Source: Lama glama (taxonomy: Eukaryota). Taken from it: a stretch of DNA of 64,000 nt. Both the position numbers and the translations under genes were made by a program. Shown here in pieces: positions 1 through 12,200 of this stretch. Where the stretch lies: positions 3,720,001 through 3,784,000 of the forward strand of contig CM052842.1 of the NCBI GenBank assembly GCA_028534125.1. The letters are read 5' to 3'. Within the stretch, counting starts at the first letter, position 1, and every line of letters starts with the position of its first letter. The notes under the pieces are model-generated. The model was not told the origin of the DNA. It worked only from the letters and a program-made list of their open reading frames with translations, and ran no database searches.

Positions 1-187
1 GGGGTAATCCAGGCTGGGGGACCAGCCCTGGGAGCTCACCTTTGAGCTCAGTGCGCAGGCCACTGGGCAGAGTGAGACTTGATGGAGACAGATCACCACC
101 CCGGCCGGACTGTGCATGGGCCCTCAGAGTTCGAGCACAGGAAGCCGGGCTGGGATGCCGTGTTACTCACCTTCCCCTCTCCCCCAG

Positions 188-232
188 GGTCTCCATGGAG
201 AGCGCGGTGAAAAAGGAGCCCAAGGAGAAAAG
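188..232 (+). CDS. COL22A1: COL22A1 exon, 45 nt: GLHGERGEKGAQGEK
   Basis: ccttcccctctcccccag acceptor, gtattt donor, 5 Gly-X-Y triplets. Confidence 0.92.
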
Positions 233-3200
233 GTATTTACAATCCGCTCCCGTCAGTGCGTGCGGCCTCCCAGGGAAAGTGTACATGTGTGCGCACGTGT
301 GTGCGTGTGCACGTGTGTGTGTTCACGTGTGTGTGTGCGTGTGTGCACGCGTGCATGTGTGCGCGCGTGTGTGCGTGTGCACACACGCGTGCACACGGGG
401 TGGCTGGGGGCTCGTGCAGACGAGGCATTCGCTTCCCGCCCTGAGTGTAAGCGCTGGGCTGGGAAGGCCATGGGCTCAGATCCTGCAGGGACTGCAGTCG
501 CCTCACAAAGACAGAGTTTCGGGTTTCCAGGCCAGAGAGCTTTTGAAAGAGCCTGGGATTGGGCCTCAAAAAGTTCCAGCTGCTGCCAGGGACCCACATC
601 TCACTTGGCAAGTTGCTTAAGTTCTCCTCTCCTTGGTCACCCTGACTCTCAAACAGAGAGAGGGTGTGTGGCAACAGTTGTGGCCTCGGTGACCCACATT
701 CAGCCCAGTTCAGCCAGTGCTGTGACATGACCCAGGCTGACTCGTAAACTCGCTGAAGGTGGTGCCTGTGGTGACAGACTCGAGAAGGGCCAAGGCTGGC
801 CGTCCTTCCTGAGGATGCCACCCATCACGAGTAACCCCCAGACCGGGCCCTCCCACCGGTGCTAATGCTGTAGAGAGCTCGGGGCTCCGTGGGGTGGAGG
901 GAGGACCCACCCCCACCTTCCCCTGCCCAGACCGCAGTGGGTGCGGCTTCCCGGGAAGCTCTCCCCTGGCCCATCCATCCCCGGGGTTCCTTCCGGCCAG
1001 GAGCTGGCGCTTGGTCCTCTTGCCCAAAGCCATGTTCCAGACACCTATTCAGCGCCTACCCCATTCTGTCTTCCTGGAGTACATTTCCCTGGCTTTACAG
1101 GGGATTTCTAAATTAAGAAATGTAGTTTCATTTCACTATTTTTGGAAAACAGTGGAAGACAGCCCCTGATCGTGTCACCCTGCCGCAGCTGCAGTGGACA
1201 CAGGCACGTCCTGCAGGACTTCCTCTTGCACACACCCCCCCCCCCACGTGGTCACACGCGGCACCTGCCGCACTGCGTCCTACCTTGTCCGTTGTTCCTG
1301 CGTGCGGCAGCTCCCCGTGCCGTTCCTTCTGTGATTCACGTCCAGCGGCCGCACAGCATCCCACTGTGGGACCAGACCCTGATTTATGGGCCTGTTTCCC
1401 TGTTGTTGACCATGTTGGGTTGTTTTCAGTTTTTCATGATTAAAACTAATGCTTTGGTGAACGCTTTTGCAGCCATAGCTTTATTTATTTATTTTTCAAG
1501 TTAGGATGCTTTCCTTAGGCTGCTCCCCCAGAAGGGGGAGTTCTGGCCCAAGGAAATGAACGTGTTGTGTGGCTCTGGGAGCACGTGGCCACGTGGCTTC
1601 CCGAAAGTCTCCTCGGAAGGAAGAGGGCAGGGCACACTTCAGGCTCCACAGCCTGGTTCCTGTTTGTTGGATATTAGATTTTAGTCCCTGTAGCTTAAAA
1701 AGTGAAACCTCTGACCCGGGGTCATTAAGATTTGCATCTCTTGGTTCTTTTGAGAGATTTCACAGGGTTCCGTGAGGTACAGGTCACCTCCTCTCTGCGG
1801 CCCTCTGCCCCTGTCCTTTACTCTGCAGACTTGAAAGTGGCCCTTGGAGTAGCTGAGGGCTCAGGCGTGGGGCTCGACGCGCAGCTCTGTGCACCAGGGA
1901 ACAGGGCTCTGATTTGAAAGCGCCCCACCTGCACCGTGGGCGCAGGATTTGGGGAACAGACTCGACAGTCAGGCTGAGCTGTAGACCAGCACGAGCGTCG
2001 CCCGGCCTCTGTGTCCAGAGTGCGTGGCGGGCTCGCCCTTGCTTCTGCCCAGAGGCCTGGGCATGCGGCATTCTGGCCTGACCGGCCCCTGAGGGCATAG
2101 AGACCCAGGCCCATGCTGCCCTCGCCTGGGGTTCAGAACAGGCCTCCAGGCCTCCAGGGTCCCTCAAGCACCTGCTGTTGCACTGTGCCTGTTGCAGGCC
2201 AGCTCCTGGGCTGAAGGTGGTGGGTCTGGTGAGGACTGAGCTCTGGGACCTTGAAGGCAGGGCCTAGTCCTTCATCAATCCGTTCCCACAGGACTCCTCA
2301 AGACCAGACCCCCCATAGGAGGGAGAACTGGTGAATGGGAGGTGTGGGAACCAAAGCAAAGGACAGTAGTGTAGACACAGCCAGGATGTGTCAAGATGAG
2401 GTGGATACAGGCCCCCAGCCTCTGCAGGACCTTGACTGTCAGATCCAGGTGACCTAGTGCAGCAGAGGGCAGGCACCCCAGGCCTCCATCACCTGGGAAC
2501 GTCTCCCAAACAGTGGGGCAAGGCTGTGGCTTCGCCACTTGCCCGAGGAAGGGATGGTTTTCATCCCCAGGAAACAGTCAACAGACACATCTCAGAGAGG
2601 TCAAGGGATTTTCCCAAGATTCCACAGCTGATGAGAGATTCAAACCCAGCTCTGTCTGAACATAGCTGGTGGGTGGAGGCTGGGTGGTTGCCTGGATGAG
2701 AGCCTGCCGTTAGCCAACAGTGAACGCTGAGGTCTACTCCCGGCCCTGGGTTCACACTGGATGTTCATACCTACTCACTGGATGGATGAACGGTGAGTAA
2801 AACGTCGCGGCCGCTTGATGAACTGTATTGCAGGCCCCGTGCAGCCATTGCTTTCATGGTCTCCCTTCAGTCACAGGTTTGTGAAATGAAGGGCAGAGGT
2901 AGGAATGTGGTTTCCCTGACCTTTCACTTATGCTCCTTGACCCCCAGGACACAAACTCCAGGCCATGTGTGTCTGGCTGTCCTGTATCCGAAGGTCTCTG
3001 GTGGAGAGTGGAGCATGATCCGGCGCCCGGGGCCTCTGTTTACACTTCCTTTTTATGCCATTGACCACGGGGATGTCCCTCTGTTCCTCATTTCTTCTTT
3101 TTCCTTCTTTTGCCAGGGGGATCGAGGTCTGGATGGATTCCCTGGGAAGCAGGGGGAGACCGGAGAGCAGGTAGGCAGCATTGGCTCCAGTGGGCTGGGT

Positions 3201-6200
3201 TTCTTTGGCGGACAGAGTGGACTGGGGCCTCACACAAACTCATAGGGCCTGGGCACCCCTGTCTGTGTCCTGCTCGGCTGGGGCTCCAGGAGACTTAGCC
3301 ACCAGCCCCCGGCTTACGTTCCCACAGGACTCCTCAAGGCCAGTGTTCCCAGAGAACACCTTGAACCCATTCTAACCTCAGTAACATGACATGTGATCGT
3401 TACCATGAGGGCCGTGGGTGACATGCATGTGTTCAGTGACGTGTTCACTGCAGTCCTGTCCCTGAGAATGAAAGGTTGCAAACAGCCCAGACGCTCATCA
3501 GTATGGAACCAGTTGAATGAATCCAGTGTGTAGATACAGGAGAATAGCATGAAGCTGCGGGAATCCGAGGAACTCCTAAGACATGATGTGGATGTTCTGC
3601 AAGGTGTATTGCTAACTGAGAAATAAAGGCACGTGTACAACGGTGTGAAAGATGCATCTGTGCCTTGTAGAGACACGGGCTGTCTTTGGAAGGACAGTCA
3701 GGAAACTAGTAACTTGCTTCCTTGGTTGCCTCCGAAAGGGGACCCGCAGTGGCTGATGGATGGGACGGGAAGGAAATTCTTATGCACTTGAGTTTTGAAC
3801 TATGTTAACATACTATGCGCAAAATAACCAAATTTAAATGTTCAAATGGTTAAAACTAAATAAAGCTGAAAATTATGCATCTACTTGAAGACCATTTAGA
3901 AAAATGTTTATTTGTATAATATACTTATATTTTTAGTAGATGATGAATTGATTAAATACATAAATTGTATTTGATACATGAATTCATCATAATAAATACA
4001 TTAACTTTAACATGCTATATTAATATAAGTTAAATTTATGGTTAATCCCATCACCCAAAATAACATCTTGGTTTATATTTATTGTGATTTAACAAATTAG
4101 AATCATACCTTTCCCATCTTGCCCCCTTCCTTTAACCCTACAGCATAAACATGTAACCGTTTTCTTAACTGTTCTCCAACGTTGTGACCCAGATGACCAG
4201 TTAGTGCTCGATGGTGCGAACGTGCCACAGTTTATTCACTTTTGCTGATTCACTGTGGGCCATCTCTGTGCCAGTCCTGGCTGTTAGCCCTGGAAATGCC
4301 CACATGGTGACGATGGCCAAGAAAGAAACGCCCCTTCCACAAAAGAATAGCCGAAAAGCAGTCAATGAGCAAGTGGGTGCAGTTCTGACGGCCTGAAGGC
4401 GGGGGGAGGGTTCGCAGAAGGCCAGGCCGAGTGAGAGCCACGGAGCGCCTTCTCCTGTGGCGGGACGTGTAGCTTCTGTCCGGATCTCTGCTGTTCGCAG
4501 TAAGAGAGAAGCGAGAGGACTCCTGCGTCTCCGAATGCGTCTCTCCTCGTACCTCTAGGTGAATCACTGCGAAAAGCACTAATCACCAGGGTTACCTCTG
4601 GTCGTCCAGCTGCCCTCCGATCCCTCCCCACTTCCAGGAGGCGACCCACAGGAGGGCCCCCAGGGAGGGGTGGCCCCTGGGCCCCTCCTTACTTCCTGCT
4701 TCAGTGGAGCTTTAAACGCCCGGGCTCGTCGGAGCCACTCCTGAAAGGCCTCTGCGTGGGAACACCGAAGAGGAGGAGGTGCAACTTGGGCGTCGCTGTG
4801 CCAGCCCGCTGGGACCTTGGTTGTCCCTGCCTGATTACCGCCTCCTGATCCAGAGTCCAGGCAGCCCTTCCCACCTCCTCAGCCACGGAGGCTCCGGGCC
4901 CCAGCGCGCCCTGAGGGCTCCATGTGACACCACAGGCATGGCCCTCCGAGCTCCCCTTGCTCTGAGCAGCTCTCGGCTGCTTTCTTCCAGCCTCCTTCCC
5001 AGAGTGTCTCCGATGTGTCCCTCACGTCCCTCAGGAAGGGTCCTTTTCTGGGTCAGAATGCGTTCTCCACTCCAGTGCCAGTGTGAGTCCAGAGGGGACC
5101 ACAGGGAGATGTGGTGTCAGGTTAGCTAAGGAAGAACTTTCTAGCCATAAGCACAGTCTGGGAAGTCTTGTCCAAGGCAGACTGTGTCTTCTGGGGAAAA
5201 GCCTTGTTGCAGTCGGAGGTGTGTCACCCTCAACCCCTGCCTTCTCCGCTCACTGCCCCTGACCTTGCCTTTCTTCCCTCCAGGGAAGAGCCGGCCCTCC
5301 CGGCGTGCCAGGGCCCCAGGGAGAGAAGGTAAGCCAGGCCCTGGGTGGGAGGGGGCTCTGGACGAGCAGTCAGGGCTGTTGTGTGTGTGTTGCTGGGGGG
5401 CGCAGGCTGGAGTTTGGGGAATAGAGTGAAGACAGAGTGATGAGTTAGGCACCAGGAGTCAGCTAACAAGAAGTTTCTGGTTGTTGCACTTAAGCATGTT
5501 TTTTCTTTAGGATTAAAAATCCATTAAAAAACAAACAAAAATCCCTATTATATACTATCCAGACATATTAAAATCTTGTGCTACTTAAATTGCTTTTTGG
5601 ACTAAGGCTGGGAACAAATACAAAAAAAAATCTTACAAATGCCCTTCCCTCGTCCTCCTTTTCTCCTTCTCTTTCCATTGCAACATTAAATTTTTTTTTA
5701 CCAGAATTATAATCCTGAAAATGTGCTATTTCATAAGCAAAATGAAGGTTGTATCTCAGCCTGCTGGGCATCTATTTTAGAGCATTTTTTTCCAGCAAGG
5801 CTTAACTCAGTGAATTTGCTGCTTAGAATTTCTGTATCCCGACTGAAAGAACTGTGTGTGAACTTTTTTTTCTTTTTGCAAATTATGACGCTCTGTGAAA
5901 AGGTATGTGACGAGGATACCCGTCCGGGCGCTCAGGGTAACGGAGGGAAGCTAAGCTGGTGTGGTGTATCCTGGACGACTGTAAGAGGGCTGATGGGAGA
6001 CAGCCCAGGTTTGAGGACAGGAGAAAGAGTCTCCCCCAGATGCTCAGACAGGCCCTTAGGGAAGACGTCAGACTTGGGGTTTGAGAACCGCTGGGGTGGG
6101 GCCGGGAGAGCAGGAGTCCCGCTCAGCCAAGGAGGGCGAGACCAGAGCATGTCCCTGCTGCTCAGCGTCACACTGCAGAGTCTGGGGGAGGGCAGCGCCC

Positions 6201-9200
6201 ATCTCAGACTAGTCCTCAGCACGAGCTGAAAACAAGGAAAGGAGAAGACTGCTGAACTCCTTACAGAAGCAACGAGGGTAGGTTACAAGTAAATAAATAG
6301 GCCTGCGGGCTCAAAGAGCCTCCGTTTAGGAACGATGGCTGGAGAATGTTGGTATCTTCCCAGCTTGCTTGGTCAGTTCAGTTCTAGCTGAGTTAATTAT
6401 TCTCTCTCTGTCTCAGTACTTTTAGATTTGCATGGTTATCTTACCCTGCTGTCAGGGTTCTAATGTATTCTTGCAGCCCCTTAACAGGGGGTGCTAAATC
6501 CTAAAATAAGTCCTTTATTTCAAGTCACTAAGAGCGAATGAAGGTTTGGATCCAGGTGACAGCTCTTTCCTGCTACTGCCTGTCTGGGTGTGTCTATTAT
6601 AAATTCCAAGCTTCCACCTCACTTGTAGAGGTTTTTGGCCCCTCTTGGTTGGGAAACAGCTGAGTTTTCATGGTTTAGGAAACTTGAGTGCAGCAGAAGG
6701 GGGAAGACGGGGGACGGGTCACGTGTGATCGGGTCGTTCTTTGGAATAGCGCAGAAACGAGCAGTTCTCGGGTGCTATGACGCCTCTCCACTCATCCCGA
6801 GGGAACATCGCCGGGGCAGGTCTTAGATACTTTGCAATTTGAGAAAGTCATTGGAACCGTAGAGCTGGTCTTTTAAATCCCCCTCCCTTTACAGATGCGA
6901 GAACAGAGGCCCAGAAAATTGGTGTGTTCAAGATGCCACGGTGGCTGTAGACCTTAACTGCCCATGTGATGTTGCACCGCAGGCCTCAGTATCAGGGGAT
7001 TCTCTACTTAAACTGTACTTAGAGTTTTAATGGATTGACCTGATGGTTGTATTAGTTACCTCCTGCTGCATAACAAATCATCCTGAACCTGAGAGGTGTG
7101 AAACAAAAGGTTGTCTCACCCAGCTTCTGAGGGCCGGGAATCTAAGAGCAGGACAGCTGGGCCTGTCTGTCTCAGGGTCTTCCATGAGGCTGTAGTCAGG
7201 CGGTCACCAGGATGTACTTGTCTCTCCTGAAGAAGCCACTTTCAGGCTCATTAACAGGGTCTTTGGTGGCTGTCGGCCTCATTACATGGGCCTCTCCATG
7301 GGGCTGCTCACAGAAGTGGAAATTGCCTCCCCTAGAGTGTGTGGTGAGTGGTCTGGGGCCAGGGCTGGGTGGGCGGTTCCACAGCGGAACCCACAGTCAT
7401 GTTTACAACTTCATCTTAGACACGCACACCATCACTTCTGCTGCATGCTGTTGGCCACATAGTCACATGGGTACACTCGGGGGGTCACTGCACAGGGTGT
7501 GAATGCCAGGAGGGAGGCCACTGGGCGCCACCTGGGAGGCTGACCTAGCACAATGGATAAAACAGATTTTTGCAAAAATGTGACACCCACATAGTGGAAA
7601 GAATGGTTCAGGGACAGACGGTTCGTCACTTCCTGGCTTTTTGACCTTGAACATCTCTGTGCCTCGGTTTCCTCGTCTCTAAGATAGGATAGTATCTGAG
7701 AGGAAAATATTGAACCCACTTCAAGTCCTTGAAACAAGGCATGGCAGATAAAAATGGTGCAATGTCTATCAGCTGTATGCGCATGATTATTATGGACAGA
7801 CTGGAGGATTTTGGTTTTCCTTAATAAGGAGTTAATATTTCAGGTCGTTTGATCTCGCAGTCTGTAACATTACCTATGCAGGTGAGAAAACGTGCGTTAA
7901 TTAATTGATTTCATGACTATTATTGAAATTCACTTTTGTGATGTAATAATAATAATGAGAAATGCAACAAGGAAATAAAATAAATGTAATAATGAAACAT
8001 GGTGTAAATAAAAAAGGAAAGATGCAATTGTGAACCTCCAAGTTATGAACCTCATTATTCAGCCACACACAACTCTCTCATTTATGTGTAAATTTACATG
8101 TGAGAGACACACCCCAAGTCACAGTGAGAAATGGAGATGAGATAGTCAAGCTGGGTTCTGTGTGCATGGAGCTGGGCATGCATACACGCCGTGGAAGTGT
8201 CTGGAGAGGATAGAGAATGATAAAAAATGCAGCCTGTGAGCATATGTGTGCACGTGTGTGTGTGGGCGGTGGTGCCATGCAGGGGAAAGCTGGAACACAA
8301 ACACGTTTCTGAGGCAGGGCTTGGTTATTGCATGTGCAACACGGGAAGGAAGGGTTGGCGGGGAAAATTGACTCTGGTTATCCACTCGGTACTTTCCATG
8401 CAACTTTGCTGTGTGGCTAAAACTGCTCTAAAAAGTAAGGTCTATTTGAAAAAAAGAAACATTGCTAATTGAGATTTTAGAGAGGCACCTGATGCTACGT
8501 AAAGATGTGAGTTTTCCAACCTTGGGCAGCAGTGGAAGCATCAGAATTGTGAGTGCGTCAGTTTTGGTGTCAGAGAAAACGCTCCGTCCAGAAACCAGAG
8601 CCTCAGGTGCTGTGGGGGTGACAGACGTGCCTTGAGTCATTTATTCTTCCTCCTGAGCCTTAGGAGCTAACAGCTCGCTTTGCTGTTTATTCAGCGACTC
8701 GTCTACTCTTTGCCAGCTTATTCAGGGATAGTTTGTGAATGCGTCCCGTGCTCCCTGAGCGAGCCTCTAGGGAGAATGAGGAGTTACAACTCTAAGCCAT
8801 GTATGGGGACATTGGCCCCAGGCAGTGTCCTTGTCTCAGCTCTGAGGCACTGGAGTAATAGCAGTGGAGGCTTTTATGTTGCCACGGTCAAAAAATACGC
8901 CCCAGGTGAACCCACACTCCGGAAAATCTGACCCAGCCACAGCCATCAGAGCCCTGGTGACCAGGTGGTAAAGAGAAGGAGACAAAGAGCAAGCCTTTTG
9001 TATGTCACGACCTGCTGAAAAGGGGCAGGGAGCATCACAGCATTTGTGTTACTCATTTAATAAACATTCATTGAACGCTGACCACGTGCTGAACCACGGA
9101 CTCGGCCCAGAGGCTGCTCTGTGAGCGCTAACCCTTGCTCCTGCTGCGCCTAATGCAGCGTCTGGTGCAAGCAGGCGCCCACTGAACAGGGGACCAAGGG

Positions 9201-12200
9201 ATGCTCTTGAGCAGAAAGCTGTGAAAAGTACCAGTCAAATCGAGGCACCTGGCTGGAGAGGCACATAAGAAAACAAGGCTCCTGCGATCTTGATGCAGAG
9301 ATAAGAATTAGATAAAGAGAATTTGAGCCGGTTACAGGCAGGCGGTAAGACCAGGCGTGATGGCGTGTGTGGTGGAGCTCAGAGACGGAAGTGGTCCTGA
9401 GGACTTGTATGAATAAGCAAGGGCCTCGAAGGGGTGGGGAACAGCAGGAGAAGGTGGCAAAGGTTCACTCTGTGGCAGTGTTTGTCGTTTCTCCGCAGGG
9501 GGCTGTGGGGCCCGTAGGACCTCCTGGTGTGCCGGGCGCTGTGGTAAGTGAATCAGTCACCGGTGGGTGGAACTGTGGACGCAAGCACTGATGTAATTGT
9601 GTAGTTGGGAGAGTCCTTGCCTCTAAGAAAGAGATGGAACTCTTCTGAGGACAGGAGCTAGATTCAAGGCTTTGCACACTAAAAATGGGATAAAATCAGA
9701 GAAAAGTCAGAAATGGCTGCCTTACAGCATGCTGTGTAAATACCCTGAATGGAGTGGAGAGAACTTGCCTGTTGAGAAAATGCCACCACCTTTGCTGACA
9801 TCTGGTTTGTCCCTCAGGTGCAGAGAGAGGGCCTGAAGGGTGAGCAGGTAAGAGGCGAGTGGGTCCTCTCGTGGGGCTTTCGGGTGGGAGCAGAAATAGA
9901 AAGGCCATGGCCATGGGGGTGAAACTGCTTGCTGAGCTCAGATGGGGCCTTGCAGAGATGGGCCAAGCTGACTTTCTGCCAGATCCCCACCCTGTGTCTC
10001 TGGGTCCCTGTTCAGAACTCTGGGAGAAAACTCGGAGTCAGCAGAGGGTCATGGGGGTGGCCCAGGTGATGTGGAGGGGGAGTCGTGGCTAATGCGGGTT
10101 TGGCTTGTGTTACCAGGGAGCCCCAGGACCACGAGGTCACCAGGGTCCACCCGGGCCACCAGGAGCTCCGGTAAGTCATCCCTGCCCAGCCCTGGGTCTG
10201 CTCTGAAGACCTCTGGGTCTGAAAAATAATAGCCGTTCTTGCCGATGAGCGCTGTGTCATTTGGGAAGCTCATCCCGTCAGCCTGAGTGAAGGGGGTGTC
10301 GTCTGCATCTAGCACAGGGGGAAGCTGAGCCTCGAGGACTGAGCTCCCTGGTACAGGCAAGGCGGTCAGCAAGTGTGGAAGCTGCACTGAAGCCCGGGCA
10401 GCCTGCCCCCAGAGCCCCCAGCCCCAGACAGGCCAGGGTTGGGGTTGCTGGTGTTCAGTCTGGTGCTGTAGTTTCTTTTTGGATAAAATGGAATAAAAAC
10501 GTTGGACACTTCAGTGCCAGCTGACTCATTGCCAGTGCACATTGGTTTTCCGGTGTCTCTGGTGAACCCTGACTTTGTGGTGGCTTGGAACACTTCAGCC
10601 TTTGGTTTCTCCCTCTGTTAAGAATTTAACGATGTGTAAATAACCATTTGGGAAGAGGCTATTCAAAGGGACTCTGTGACCATGTTTGATGTGAGTTCAG
10701 ATGCTAGGAATAGTTAGTAAGAGTACAGCAAAGTCCGGAGACCAGTCATTGAACCGTGCTCTTCCTGGAAACATGCCGCTGCTTCTTTCAAGTTACTGCA
10801 TTTTACTGAAGAAAATGAGGCAACTCTTATTTTGAAATGTCCGCAAGTCAGAGTTACATTAAGCCAGCGAGGCCCTTTCCTCATGAGGATAAATGTGCAT
10901 GGATTTGCTGGGGTGAGACTAGAAGAAACTTGGAAGATGTTTCATTCCAGTAGAATTAGAATAATTTCAAAAAGTTTGTGTCAGAAAAGCTAGCTCCTGT
11001 CTCTGTAACCTTAGATACCTTGCTTAGCCTTCCCATAGCTTGGTTTCCAGAGCTCTCTGCCATTGCTACAATGTTGAGAAATTGAAAGTAGATGACGCAC
11101 GGTGCTCTCAGTATTTACCTCTCCATGCATAGATGCACGTGTACTTCAGATCCACGACTGGCAAGAACTGACTGTCTGTGCTGTAGTATATTTTATATGC
11201 ACACATATGCATATTTCGTTTGCAAGGGTGAAGTTATTTTTCTTCTTCTGCCAATGAAGACATTGGTACACAGGTGTTAAGTAGCTTGCACACAGTCACA
11301 CAGCTAAGAAGCAGAACTGAGCTTGGAACTCAGATTTGTCTTGACTGTCCAGCCCAAGCTCTTTTCATCCCTGAGTGCATCAGGCAGCAATACCTCCTCT
11401 GAGACATACAAAGGAGAATTAGTTTACTTCATGTCTCCCACTAAGGAACAAGAACGTAACAGTGTCCAGCCCTTGACCTCTCTCTCTGGGATCTGAAATG
11501 TAATAATGGGCAGCCCTCCCCCTTTATGTAAATTTATTATGGTGAATGACGGAGTGAGAGAAACTTCAAACATTTGTAGTCACCTACTTTATATCAAGTG
11601 AGGTATTAAGACTGGAGATACAGGGATGGGAGCTCATGGACTGATCTCATAGTTTAATGAAAGAAATATGGAAAAGAAATCATTGTGAGTAAACGCTTGA
11701 AACCTGTAGGTGATTAATGACAGTTCTCTGCATGTGTCACTCCTGCAGCCCATTGTACAGGATAAGGAGAGGGTCCTGAACCCGCAGTACATTGAAACAC
11801 CAGACTACGCCAACCCTACAGCACGGTGGAGCTGTCCAGGGTCCTGAAGATGGCCTCTGGGCTAACGGGATTTAGTGCCATACATGGTGTTGAGGATGAA
11901 AGTTGGAAGGAGTTCAAAACCCCAACAGCCTACCTAAGACCTTGTGAAAAGTGGGGAACTCTGATGAGAGGCCAGGGCTGTAAGGTTCTTAAGGCCAAGG
12001 CCAGTGTCTCTCCCGTCTCTAAATCCACAGAGTTCATCACATGGTGGGAACTTAATACCTGCTTATGGAGGAGTGGCCCCGCAACAGGTATTCAAGAGGG
12101 ACATCGAGTGAGACCTGACTGCAGTATGAGCTCATAACGAGCAATATGGCCACAAAAGGCACTTGGGGCCAGGAGCCAAAACACCTGGTTTCATGTCCCG

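Noticed and set aside
42-730. Cys/Val-rich ORFs
   Set aside because: Translation of the (TG)n tract; only 188-232 is coding.
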